Assembly (NCBI GenBank): GCA_002811645.1
Contig: PDIP01000014.1
Location: 62,001 to 126,000, forward strand
Direction of reading: 5' to 3'
From: Corallochytrium limacisporum Hawaii
Taxonomy: Eukaryota > Protista > Pluriformea
Length of the DNA: 64,000 nt
Shown here: positions 1-10,322 of the stretch, piece after piece
How the letters are laid out: each line of letters opens with the position of its first letter
How positions within the stretch are numbered: the stretch's first letter is position 1
Notes under the pieces: model-generated
Database searches by the model: none
What the model saw: the letters and a program-made list of their open reading frames with translations, nothing else
What the model was told of the DNA's origin: nothing
Program-made: the position numbers and the translations under genes

Positions 1-263
1 AAATGGAAACGGAACTAGAGGGCAGCACTTCACAGCTAGGAGGATGTTACTGTGCTGGACAGCAAACATGACGTTTCACACCCCTTGTAGACTGCACAGG
101 TATGAGACGCCACTGTTCCTAGATCCACTGAGTTTGGATCGCTTCACTACGGCCGCACCTGACAACAAATGTGTGTGTGTGTGTGTGCATGAGCGTATAC
201 TTGAAAATGTAATCAACCGCGTAAGGCTTACAAATAGTTTCCGGGTTCTGACAGAACAGTGCC

Positions 264-2483
264 ATGGTCATGGAGAAATACACTGTGCTCAACCCTATTG
301 GCAAGGGTAGCTATGGCGAAGTGTTTCTCTGCAACCACAAGCGGCAGCCACACAAGAAGCTTGTGCTGAAGAAAATGTCCGCGCGTGGTACATCTCAAAA
401 GGAGCTACTAGCAGCCACCACAGAAATCAATTTGCTGAAGAGCCTCAACCACCCCAACATTGTTAAGTACTACGACTCCTTCGAGGACTCAGACGGTAGC
501 ATGTACATTGTGATGCGGTACTGTGAAGGTGGTGATATGTACAAGCGACTGCAAACCCAGAACGGGATTTATTTCGACGAGAAGCAAATTGTAATTTGGT
601 TTGTTCAGATAGCACTAGCTATGCAGCACTTGCACAGCCAGAACATTCTCCATCGGGATCTGAAGACGCAGAATATTTTTCTTACAGACAATGACATTAT
701 CAAACTGGGTGACTTTGGAATTGCAAGGACATTAGACAACAAAGAAGCTATGGCTTCCACACTGATTGGTACCCCGTATTACATGAGTCCTGAAATCTTC
801 GCCAACAAGCCATACAACCACAAGAGCGATATTTGGGCCCTCGGTTGCTGCCTCTTTGAAATGTGCGCGCTGAAGCATGCATTCAATGCCGGTGACTTCT
901 ACACTTTGATGCAAAAGATCAACAAGGGGCGCACTCCGTCTGTTCCTCAACAGTATAGTGACGAACTGCGGAGCTTGGTCAAGCGAATGTTGCAGCACAA
1001 CCCCGACGATCGTCCATCGGTTGATGAAGTACTGCGCGATCCTTACGTGCATTCAAGCATTAGGGAGTTCCTGGCCAAGAATGCCGACAGCAGTAAGCGA
1101 ATGAAAGAGTGCCCTCGCCGCCGACGGAACGAGCATGGATCAACGGGCAACGACAGCACTGGTCTAAGCGGAACACCTCGTGGAGAGATTATTACACCAC
1201 GGGGGGGACCCCTGAACGATGGCGAACAGCCTATACTTACACCTCGGTCAGTCCCCAGACCAAATGTAGATGTGGATGCACTGGGCAGTCCTCGAGGACG
1301 CCGGGCAGGCCCTCCAGCTCTGCGTCGCCGTCGACCGGGTTCTTCTGATAACCTGTATGCCGATCTAAAACAAGAGGATGCAGCGACTGCAGAGATAAAT
1401 CGCATGCGAAGTGCTCGTGGCGAAGGTAGCTTCATCGCAAGCAGATACACCGCGTCGCGATGGAATGGCGTGTCACCAAACCCACGGGGTGCGAATGAGT
1501 CTCCAACCCATGTGCGCAGGCAACTTGCCCAAAACTCTGGACCCGAAGAATTCGATGTCAATGCCAACGGCGGCCTCATCGAGGATCAATTTGCTCAAAT
1601 CACTCCGAGATCTCGCCGCGACCGCGCAAGTCGCGGTGACTTAAATCCAACTAGTCGGGCCAGTCGTCCGAGGCATCAATCATATGACCAGGATGAGGAG
1701 GTTCGGGAATTTGAGGGCTACTATTCCCGTTCAAATCTCGCCGATATCGACAGTGGCAGCAACTTTGGGCTCAACGCAGAACAACGTGCGGCCGCACGAA
1801 TGCGTCGTCGTCGCATGAAGGAGATTGCAGGAATCCAAGACAGTTCAAGCCAAGTCTCTGAACCGGAGCCCCTGAGGAGGCGTCGTCCTGTTCATTTGTC
1901 TAGCAACAACCTTCGAGGATCGAACTCTAGTATAGGCGGTGGCTCGTATGCATATCAGACGGACGAGTCATCTGATGCAGGACCAACCGAATTTATTGTT
2001 CGTGGCGAGTCCAGGAGTCGACGCCGTGCGGTAGAAGAGTCGGCCGTGAAAGTGGTGGCAGGTGCTCGTAAAGACTTTGTGAATGAGAAGGATCGGCAGA
2101 CGATGCTCAAAGAGATGATGAATACCTTGCATTTGAGAGCAAGTCAAGAGACGGAGAGCGGGCATGATTCCGGAATCGAAACCCAGGATAGCAGCAGTGG
2201 TCGGGAAGAGTACGGATTTGTGGGCGCAAGAAACCCGGGTCATCGTTCCCCCGATGAAGCTCGCGAAACGGCTCCGAGTAACGGGCTCAGTAAACGACAG
2301 ATGGGGCATCTACGTCAACGTGAAGACATACTGAAGTCCGAATGCATTCGACGGTTTGGTGATTCTCGTTTCCGTAAATACTGCCAAATGGACCCTGCGG
2401 ACTATTCCGTGATCCGTGACCTTACCCGGGAGGACGTCCGACTTCTCGAAGAGTACGTAATGACTTGTGATGCCCTGCATTGA
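264..2483 (+). CDS. NEK4: NIMA-related Ser/Thr kinase, NEK4-like
   Basis: 739-aa ORF. N-terminal kinase domain with GKGSYG, HRDLKTQNIFL, DFG and ASTLIGTPYYMSPE..KPYNHKSDIWALGCC..LKHAFNA (NEK4-type), followed by a long disordered R/S-rich tail. Confidence 0.85.
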   Translation: MVMEKYTVLNPIGKGSYGEVFLCNHKRQPHKKLVLKKMSARGTSQKELLAATTEINLLKSLNHPNIVKYYDSFEDSDGSMYIVMRYCEGGDMYKRLQTQNGIYFDEKQIVIWFVQIALAMQHLHSQNILHRDLKTQNIFLTDNDIIKLGDFGIARTLDNKEAMASTLIGTPYYMSPEIFANKPYNHKSDIWALGCCLFEMCALKHAFNAGDFYTLMQKINKGRTPSVPQQYSDELRSLVKRMLQHNPDDRPSVDEVLRDPYVHSSIREFLAKNADSSKRMKECPRRRRNEHGSTGNDSTGLSGTPRGEIITPRGGPLNDGEQPILTPRSVPRPNVDVDALGSPRGRRAGPPALRRRRPGSSDNLYADLKQEDAATAEINRMRSARGEGSFIASRYTASRWNGVSPNPRGANESPTHVRRQLAQNSGPEEFDVNANGGLIEDQFAQITPRSRRDRASRGDLNPTSRASRPRHQSYDQDEEVREFEGYYSRSNLADIDSGSNFGLNAEQRAAARMRRRRMKEIAGIQDSSSQVSEPEPLRRRRPVHLSSNNLRGSNSSIGGGSYAYQTDESSDAGPTEFIVRGESRSRRRAVEESAVKVVAGARKDFVNEKDRQTMLKEMMNTLHLRASQETESGHDSGIETQDSSSGREEYGFVGARNPGHRSPDEARETAPSNGLSKRQMGHLRQREDILKSECIRRFGDSRFRKYCQMDPADYSVIRDLTREDVRLLEEYVMTCDALH

Positions 2484-2571
2484 CCTCCCCCTGGCCCCAT
2501 AGTAAAGTACTTGATGTCATAGTATGAACTTCTATGTATGATAAAAATTTTACTGTGCCAACATTCCTTGC

Positions 2572-3438
2572 TTACGTCATGGCGTTATCTGTCGCGGTTG
2601 GATCGACGTTCAGACCCTTCTCTACCTTCAGTTCCTCAATCATTTGTTCCAACTCTGGATGGGCATTGTCTCCATACACCGCCTGGATGAATTGTAGGAT
2701 TCCCAGTTTTCCGATCTCTTGATGAGCTCGTTCGCCCCAGTGATAGAACACATTATGTTTGCTCTCTTCAATTCGCCGAATATATCTCTGGGCACGCCAA
2801 GATGTCAGCAGCCCTTTCAACTTGCCAATGAACAGGTCGGGTTGGTCCTTGGTGATGCCAAGATTTTCCAACTGACTGAACAGAGACTCCTCTTCAATAT
2901 CGTTACGATCGTTTTGTGCAAGGTAGATAATCGCTAGCACCGTGCACAATAGACCGAAGTTGGCTTGTTCGCGGTCATCATACTCGAAAACTTCATTGAT
3001 CTGCGAATAGTTGAATTGGTTCTTAAGGTAAAATTCGGTGTCACTGGACTTCCATCCTTTTGCTTTCACTCCATACTGGGTCATGTTCACAGTCTCTGGC
3101 ATCTGAGAAAGCTTCATCTGCAGCCCGAAAACATCCTGCAGATACTTATCGGCCTGGATCATACAGGCTTTCAAATCCATTTGGGTCGCTTGGGGGAGGT
3201 AGTGTGAAAGCACATGTTCCTTAATCTTGTTGCGTGTCACTGGGACACAGCGAGCTTCACAGGTAAGAAAGTATCGTGCAATTTTACCACCATATTCAAT
3301 TTGTTGCTGCTTCGAAAGATCACCAGAGTACTTCCACTCCGTTTCCTTTCTCGTGTCTTCGACTGCCTCATCATCGTCAATGTCCCGTTGGGTACTAGGC
3401 CCCGCCTGTGTAGTACCTGAACGGCCTTTCTTCCCCAT
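2572..3438 (-). CDS. NSE3: MAGE-domain protein, NSE3 subunit of Smc5/6
   Basis: MAGE signatures LQDVFGLQM, GLLCTVLAIIYL and YHWGERAHQEIGKLGILQFIQAVYG. Confidence 0.85.
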   Translation of the reverse strand: MGKKGRSGTTQAGPSTQRDIDDDEAVEDTRKETEWKYSGDLSKQQQIEYGGKIARYFLTCEARCVPVTRNKIKEHVLSHYLPQATQMDLKACMIQADKYLQDVFGLQMKLSQMPETVNMTQYGVKAKGWKSSDTEFYLKNQFNYSQINEVFEYDDREQANFGLLCTVLAIIYLAQNDRNDIEEESLFSQLENLGITKDQPDLFIGKLKGLLTSWRAQRYIRRIEESKHNVFYHWGERAHQEIGKLGILQFIQAVYGDNAHPELEQMIEELKVEKGLNVDPTATDNAMT

Positions 3439-3878
3439 TCTGTGGGCCTATTGCACAAATGTTTGCTTTACAAATTTGATCTCAGGCTCAAGATCCGTGT
3501 TGCGAAAGAGCTTAAATAGTTGGTGCGTGACCTTACGAGATGAGAAGCTTTGCCCCCTCCCCCGGGGGGAGGGGGTCCTTGAGGGAGCGCTTGGCTTGGC
3601 GCGAAGAACTTTGCCGCTGCAATTGATCAATATAGTTTAATCAATAAGTGGGAGGTCGTGAACGACTTTGAAGGTTTGGGGTTGTTCGGTGTGGAGGGAT
3701 AGATAAATCTTTAATGGTAGCCGATTGAGTCGATCTGGTTCTCTTTTGTTTTTTCTGGGCAAATCTTTCAGGTATTTTAAGTCGATATAGAGGATTGAGT
3801 CATCGCGTTGGAGTAGACATGCCAGTTAGGGACACCGCCACGATGGTCAACGGTTCCCCAACGAGCTAATGCGAACTC

Positions 3879-5042
3879 CTAAGCAGCATAGGCTGTATCC
3901 ACTGCCATCAGCATTTCATGAGTTTCATTGTAAGCCTGGTCGAGCATTTCTGACATGACCGCAGTGCCCTTTTTCAGCATGCCCTCCTTGCCCAAATGAT
4001 GTTGGAATTTTTCGTCAATAGCGTGCAGCTTCAGTTGTAACTTTCTGATATCATCTGGTGTGAAAGCATACTCCTGCTTTGTTGTTTCGATCTTGGCCAA
4101 CAGATCACGCAGATGGCGATGATCGGGCAGAATCTCCTGGTCTACCTCTCCAAGCAGCCTCTCACACTCATCAAGTAGATCATAGCAAGTCTCTCGCATC
4201 TGGGCCATGGCTGCTTGGCCTTTGGGGATCGGCTGCTCCGGATGGTACGCCGGCTGGAAGTAGCCACTCGGGCGCCAGTGGGCTTCGAGATCCAGCAGGA
4301 GCTTACGGAAAGGTGCCAGTCGTTGCTCCGTCACGGACTCTTCTTTCAAGATCTCTTCAAACTTGTCCTTGACGAAACCGTAGCGCTCAAAGTACGGATA
4401 GAGGTCCTGGTCGACCTTCTCTACTCCTTCCAAAAGCAAACGGCATCTCCTAAAGTTCTTGTTTAGCATTGCACTGAGGATCGCCTGGCCCTGAACCAGA
4501 TGCCCGTTCTGGTCTAGAAGTCCTTTCTTCTGGACATGTTCACGCTCGATCTCCATCAGGCGGGTCTGAAGAGGCTGCACATCGTCCTCTGTGCAACCAT
4601 CTTTTTCGTACTGGAGCAATTTCAAGCGGATATCGTCCAATTCCTTGATGATTGGAAATTCCTCCTCGGCAGGATGCAGGGTCATTTCCAACATGCCCCA
4701 GATCTCTTTGTAGGCACGTTCTAGGGACCAATCGAGTTGGCGACAGATGGCCAGTCGTTCATCGCCGAAGGCTTCGAAATCCTTGGCTCTCTCCTCGTAT
4801 TCTTCGCCCAAGACCACGCGTTGGATGTCATAGAGCGAAACGAGGTATGGTTCAATGTCACCGAGGAATACAACGCCGTCCTTACCCTTGCTCTTCTTGA
4901 TGGCATGAACCTTGTGCCTGATCAAGTGAACAAGTTCAACAGCTTCCTTTGGTGACAGCTTCTTGATGAAGTTTTCGTCCATCATGGACTCAAGATCAAC
5001 GTCTTTTCTTTGCATCATCTCGATGTTTCTTGGATTCAACAT
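3879..5042 (-). CDS. DUF2408/UPF0662 (Cub1/YPL260W-like) helical repeat protein
   Basis: 387 aa with three internal repeats (LQTRLMEI..GQAILSAML, FRKLLLDL..PKGQAAMAQMRETCYDL, LQLKLHAI..GTAVMSEMLDQAY), as recalled for the fungal DUF2408 family. Confidence 0.6.
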   Translation of the reverse strand: MLNPRNIEMMQRKDVDLESMMDENFIKKLSPKEAVELVHLIRHKVHAIKKSKGKDGVVFLGDIEPYLVSLYDIQRVVLGEEYEERAKDFEAFGDERLAICRQLDWSLERAYKEIWGMLEMTLHPAEEEFPIIKELDDIRLKLLQYEKDGCTEDDVQPLQTRLMEIEREHVQKKGLLDQNGHLVQGQAILSAMLNKNFRRCRLLLEGVEKVDQDLYPYFERYGFVKDKFEEILKEESVTEQRLAPFRKLLLDLEAHWRPSGYFQPAYHPEQPIPKGQAAMAQMRETCYDLLDECERLLGEVDQEILPDHRHLRDLLAKIETTKQEYAFTPDDIRKLQLKLHAIDEKFQHHLGKEGMLKKGTAVMSEMLDQAYNETHEMLMAVDTAYAA

Positions 5043-6496
5043 ATGACTCAGCTGTTTGGTACGCCACGCTCATGGCCCAATCACAGTTCGATCTGGCAAC
5101 CTCTTCTACCTGCCTGGTTGTACCAAACGATCAAATTAGCCTTTCCTTCGGCTAAATGATGGGTTATTCTGCAACACAGAAGCACCGATCCGAATGGACA
5201 TCTGTGAGTGTGGTTCCTGCGATATGCATCCTCTGCGATTCTTCGGTGTTTGCAGCCCACCCGCACTTCCTCCCCCCTTCCGACCTATCTCAATTGGAAT
5301 GTCACAATGGGTGCAGAATTCCCCTACGCAACCGGCCAGAGGAGATCGGCATGAGACTCACTGCGGAATAAAAAAATTCTCAAACCAAACTTGCCATACA
5401 TTCAAGACTAAATTCTCGAACGTTGAAGTTCCGAAGGCTTGCCCTCCCGGATTGGCTGTTGAAGTAAAATTGTTGGTGACACAGTGCTGGGGCCTCGGCA
5501 CGATTGGGGAGGGCCATAGTACATTACGTACTACCAGTCTGACCGGCTCGGGGGCAGTGCGGAGGAATTTTCCAACCGCCTCGGAGTGACCGTGATGTGG
5601 AGCTTTTCTTCGTTTGCGGATAGGTATGTCTGACAGCTCCATGCAATGGCCGACCAGCATCCACCGAAGCGCACGCCTGTCCATGGTCCGTGAAACGAAA
5701 GACACACAATGGCTCATGCATGCGTACACATTCGGAAACATAAGGAGGCTCTTGGATCGCAGCGCGGTGTACTTGATTGAAAATACGAGAAGAGATGGTC
5801 GCCGTAAGCCCCGTGCTAGGAATGAGTGCGAGGCTTTGAAGGCGTCAGGACGGGGAGGGAGCCCGGGTACACACACCCAGAGCCCAACCTTGTGGTAATT
5901 TGCATACACACCGAGGGTCCAAAAACTATGGAAAGACCCTCCCTCACCCCCGCCTCTTTTGCGTTATGCGAGCTGCGGGGTTCCCCCGTGACGCAAGTAG
6001 TAGGATACCAAAACACGAGAACAAAAAAAACATCCGCCAAAGTTGCGCGGGAGATCCCACAAGGCACTTCCCGCAGTTTCCGTGATGAATGAATGCAACG
6101 GATTGGTGGGTACAGGAATTGGAATGCGGTCAATTCCACTTTCGGCTTCAAAATATCATTCTGACGGCTTCTCCATTCCTCTAACGGATGGGTCCCCGAC
6201 AGGCAGCCGTCCCACCCGAAAAAGAAAAAAAAAACACCCTTGGACGAGAGATCAATTTTGAATATTGATCAAATTCCATTTTGTTGTCGAGGTTTGGTCC
6301 CGTCCGGACAGGTGTGGGCACGAGTACAATTTTATCTATACTTGTCCATCTCGCGCACAAGAAATAAACCTTGCACTACTGTGCGCGAATGGGTACAAGC
6401 GAACGGGTTCACGTCAAATTTGGGCCAGTGCACAGGCCACCTCAGCAGAGATCGGTGATAGAGACCGGATGACCAAGACGATCCGGTACATTTTCG

Positions 6497-7423
6497 ATGC
6501 AACCTTTACTTGTCCGGTTCCCGCAGTGGGAATGCTGTATCTACAACAACGTTGCTCGGGGTTGCTTCCACGGATGTCAAAGTTTGCGACAACTGCTACA
6601 AAAGATTCAGCAAAACGACCCCGGTATGCAATTTGATGAGACTACCCTAGGTGTCGCGAGAGCCGACCAGTTGGACATGGTCACCAAGTCCACTGACAGG
6701 ATTCAGGGTCTTCCTTTCGTTCTGAACAACGCACGAATGGCTGCCGAAATTTTAAAGGAGAGAAGGCCGTCAAAGTTATACATTCTAGGTGGTGGCTGTG
6801 GTATTGAGCCAACTCCTGTAGGGTATTTGAACGGCATGGTCCATGGGAAGCTGGGGGTAATCTGGTGCGACGCTCACGCCGATTTGAATACCCCCCACAC
6901 GAGCCCAAGTGGAAAGTATCATGGCATGCCTCTGCGGCATATCTGTGGAGAAGGTAACAAAGAGATTCACAAAATTGTTGAGTCCTGCGGTGGGAAGCCG
7001 GTGAGTCCATCTCAGATCGCATTGATTGGTACCCGAGAGTTTGACAAAGCGGAGGCAGAATTCGTGTCCGAGAATAGTGTCTACCATGCAACGGTTGACG
7101 AAGTTTCTTCCAGCCCGGAGAAGGCTGCACAGCGCTTGGCAGACCATTTCAAAGCCGCTGGTGTGACTGACCTGTACATCCACTTCGATCTGGACTGCAC
7201 TCTGCTTGCGGATGTTGCCGCAGTAAGGGTGCCAACAGAAGCTGGGGTTCCCAGCGGCAAGATGTGTGAATTTATCCATGACATTGCGAGGCTGCTGCCG
7301 GTTGCCGGTGTTAGTGTGGTCGAATTGTCTCACGAAGTCGACGAACCTCTAGATTCGACAACGACAAGCAACGTAAAACAAATTTTGTCTGCACAGTGGA
7401 AGGCTCTTACGGTCAATATGTAA
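6497..7423 (+). CDS. Arginase/ureohydrolase family protein, bacterial-like GGxC subtype
   Basis: Motifs LGGGCG, IWCDAHADLNTP..SPSG.YHGMPL, LIGTR.FD..E and YIHFDLD. Confidence 0.9.
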   Translation: MQPLLVRFPQWECCIYNNVARGCFHGCQSLRQLLQKIQQNDPGMQFDETTLGVARADQLDMVTKSTDRIQGLPFVLNNARMAAEILKERRPSKLYILGGGCGIEPTPVGYLNGMVHGKLGVIWCDAHADLNTPHTSPSGKYHGMPLRHICGEGNKEIHKIVESCGGKPVSPSQIALIGTREFDKAEAEFVSENSVYHATVDEVSSSPEKAAQRLADHFKAAGVTDLYIHFDLDCTLLADVAAVRVPTEAGVPSGKMCEFIHDIARLLPVAGVSVVELSHEVDEPLDSTTTSNVKQILSAQWKALTVNM

Positions 7424-7447
7424 ATATACTACTAGTTGTTTATGAGT

Positions 7448-7645
7448 TCACTCCAATTTGTCCTCGTCTGCGTCATCTTCGAATTTATTGAAAAATTCCT
7501 TGTGAATCACTTTGTCTCTGATGTCTATGTTGATAGAGCGGTCACCATCCACATCTATCTGCATGCGATCGCCGCCGCCGCGATCGCCTTCAAATTTTGA
7601 CCGCCATCCAAAACCTCCGGCGGAGCGTTTGCTTGTTCCCTGCAT
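7448..7645 (-). CDS. COPS9: COP9 signalosome subunit 9 (CSNAP/MYEOV2)
   Basis: 65-aa ORF ending IHKEFFNKFEDDADEDKLE, matching the CSNAP C-terminal motif (H.DFFNDFED.FD.DD). Confidence 0.75.
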   Translation of the reverse strand: MQGTSKRSAGGFGWRSKFEGDRGGGDRMQIDVDGDRSINIDIRDKVIHKEFFNKFEDDADEDKLE

Positions 7646-7994
7646 AGTTTTATGTGTCTACCGTACGGAATTGCTTGAAGTACTCATTCTCTATTCATGA
7701 TCGGAGAGTGTGGCCAAATTTTGTTTTGAAATACGTGCATCGGCGTTGACTCCATCGGTACGAGGCCAACCCGCTGACTGTCCCCACCCCCGGGGGGGGG
7801 GGAGGGGACCCTAAGGCCCCAAGCTCAGGAAATGAGAGTCCGCCATTCCGTCGTCGTGAAAGTACTTTAAACCAAGAATCTCTGTGTAGCCATGACCTAA
7901 TTTGCTGGTCCACTGGAATATCAGGCCCGAAAAGTTTTATGACCCAACCAGACATGGTTCTGAACTGGATACACGGGTCGCCATCTTTGGTGGT

Positions 7995-10322
7995 ATGGAT
8001 AGACCTGCCGTAGATGACGCATCAAGCGTCCGTACCGCGGCGGCAAGTGTTTTAGAGCTACTGCAACGGAAACGCAAGATACTGACACCAGAGGTTAATC
8101 AAGAGCTGGTGATATGTCCTGCATGCTCGTCTGAGGTTGCATCAAACAAGATCAATGATCACTTGGACAAACAATGCACATCTTTCTCAAAGTCCCCTTT
8201 AAGGCCTCAGACAAAGCGACTCTTAAACGTTGGTAATTATTGGAAGGAGACTGCCGCTGGAAGACGAGACTTCCCAGCGGGAGAAGAGAGAAGGAAAGGT
8301 ACGAGGATAATCGATATTTATGCCCAACCCCTTAGCAGAAGAGGCACAAACTTCACGGGGAAAAGACTGAAACTTGACGATGCGGCCGATGTTGATTGGA
8401 AGAGTCCAATTCACATAGACATCCCGAATCGCTGTCGATACTATCATCGGCATTTTCTCCAGATTTTGGAAGCGGTTTTTGCACATCGTCATAACTGTAA
8501 ACTTTTCACCAGTGGTGAACTCGATCACGTAAAAAAACTGCTCTCGGCTTCAGGGGTGGAACAACGCTTGTTCATACGCCTGATGGGTCGCAAGCCGACG
8601 TGGTTCCGACTTGACAACCTTAAATACGACGAACTCCTAGACCAAGAAAAGCTCGATGAGTCAGAGAAAGGGTTCGTATCAATCACCGGGATTGTGGAAC
8701 GTCTATGTGAGCGGGGACTTTTAAGTAAGTCATATTCCATAGACGACCTTGAGGACCTGCTCAAGACATTGAGCAAGAAAGAGATGGGCAAGCTTGCACA
8801 GGGTCGGAAACTGTCTCCAGGAGTCAATAAGGGCGAGCTTACGAGAGCACTAATCACTCATCATAGGAAACAAGGTACTTTCACGACTGGGTCCAGTCAG
8901 GTTCCACGTGACCTTGCATCCATGCTGGGCACGGTTGTGGCGATCCCGACTGAACTGAAGGATCTGTTCAGCAGAATACGCACACTCTTCTCCCTTAACT
9001 TTGAAAACGATGAATTGGCACCCAGCATCCTAGTGATGGAAATGAAGAATCGGGTTGTCTACCCTAAGTATGCCATCTCTCTGGGATCGGAGGGGATATT
9101 CTTGTCACGCTCCACATTTCGGGAGTACCATTCTGCTATGGTGAAACGACTGCAGATGGAGGCTTTCATCTTTGAAAAGAAGTTTGATGAGGCCCTCATC
9201 TTGTTGGCAGAAGCAAGAATGCAGCTATGGGATGGTAATGATCTTCGCTGCAGTTTGGTTGAAACTGTGCTCGAGAGCCCCTTTCTTCGCCGCTTTCATG
9301 CGGGAGAAGTCTACATGTCGATGCTGACAATAGGGGCCGAAGTGTTTGAGCGTTTACATCGGTGGAGTGACGCCTGTGATCTGTACGAGCAAATGATTAA
9401 GCAACACATCTTTGGACACAGTTATCGTGGAAAATGGTACGATCGCATTAGCATCAACCTTAAGGACCACCTCAACCATCACCATGAGTCCGCAATGGCA
9501 ATTGTGGCTGGCCTGCGCGACCCGGTGATCTGTACTTCGCGCAGGCTGGCCCTGCAGAAACGGCTACAGCGACTGCGCTCAAAGTATCCATTTGCGTCTG
9601 ATCTGTGCAAAGAAAACGAGTCCTTGTTTCTAGACATGAGGCCATATCGCAAACGTGAATTTATCGGAGAAGCGGTCCTTGGGAACATACGCTCTCTCAA
9701 AGCCAATTACATCTTCGATGATTGTCTGGGCTCGGTGGAAGAATTCGCTCTCTGGCAGTATGCCAGGGATGGATGGGCTGGCATCCACTGCGAGAATGCT
9801 TTGTTGCATCACCTCTTTTCTGTGGCGCTGTGGGATATTCTGTTCATGCCTGTCGACGGAGTGTTCATTTCAAAGTATCAGGTTGCACCGCTGGACCTTG
9901 CTACCGAAGCTTTCTATTTTGCGAGACAGGAAGCGATCGATGCTCGTCTCCGGCGTTTCCGAGAAGGTACAAACGAGATAAAGAAGGATATTGAAAGGCA
10001 GTTTCAGCTTTACTCAAGCCACAACGGTGCGTCTGCAAATTGGGATCGCTTCTCCTTGGAGTTCACATTGACGGCCGTAGATTGCATCGGTGCGGAGGTT
10101 CTGACTGGTGTCTTCACTGTTCTCTGCAGGGACTACCGTCATATGGCTGGCGGTCTTCCGGATCTGTTTCTGTGGAAGTCCAAGGAAAATGAGCACGTCT
10201 TTGTTGAAGTAAAAGGGCCTGGGGATCGTCTGAGTGAAAAGCAGCGCCTGTGGCTGGACATCCTAGCCGGTGCTGGAGGTACTGTCGAGGTCTGCTTAGT
10301 GAAGACGGTGGAAAGTCGGTAG
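7995..10322 (+). CDS. FAN1: Fanconi-associated nuclease 1
   Basis: UBZ4 finger CPAC..INDHLDKQC, TPR region and VRR-NUC motif GGLPDLFLW..FVEVKGPGDRLSEKQ..W. First in-frame ATG is 7995; the ORF track starts at a TTG at 7902. Confidence 0.95.
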   Translation: MDRPAVDDASSVRTAAASVLELLQRKRKILTPEVNQELVICPACSSEVASNKINDHLDKQCTSFSKSPLRPQTKRLLNVGNYWKETAAGRRDFPAGEERRKGTRIIDIYAQPLSRRGTNFTGKRLKLDDAADVDWKSPIHIDIPNRCRYYHRHFLQILEAVFAHRHNCKLFTSGELDHVKKLLSASGVEQRLFIRLMGRKPTWFRLDNLKYDELLDQEKLDESEKGFVSITGIVERLCERGLLSKSYSIDDLEDLLKTLSKKEMGKLAQGRKLSPGVNKGELTRALITHHRKQGTFTTGSSQVPRDLASMLGTVVAIPTELKDLFSRIRTLFSLNFENDELAPSILVMEMKNRVVYPKYAISLGSEGIFLSRSTFREYHSAMVKRLQMEAFIFEKKFDEALILLAEARMQLWDGNDLRCSLVETVLESPFLRRFHAGEVYMSMLTIGAEVFERLHRWSDACDLYEQMIKQHIFGHSYRGKWYDRISINLKDHLNHHHESAMAIVAGLRDPVICTSRRLALQKRLQRLRSKYPFASDLCKENESLFLDMRPYRKREFIGEAVLGNIRSLKANYIFDDCLGSVEEFALWQYARDGWAGIHCENALLHHLFSVALWDILFMPVDGVFISKYQVAPLDLATEAFYFARQEAIDARLRRFREGTNEIKKDIERQFQLYSSHNGASANWDRFSLEFTLTAVDCIGAEVLTGVFTVLCRDYRHMAGGLPDLFLWKSKENEHVFVEVKGPGDRLSEKQRLWLDILAGAGGTVEVCLVKTVESR

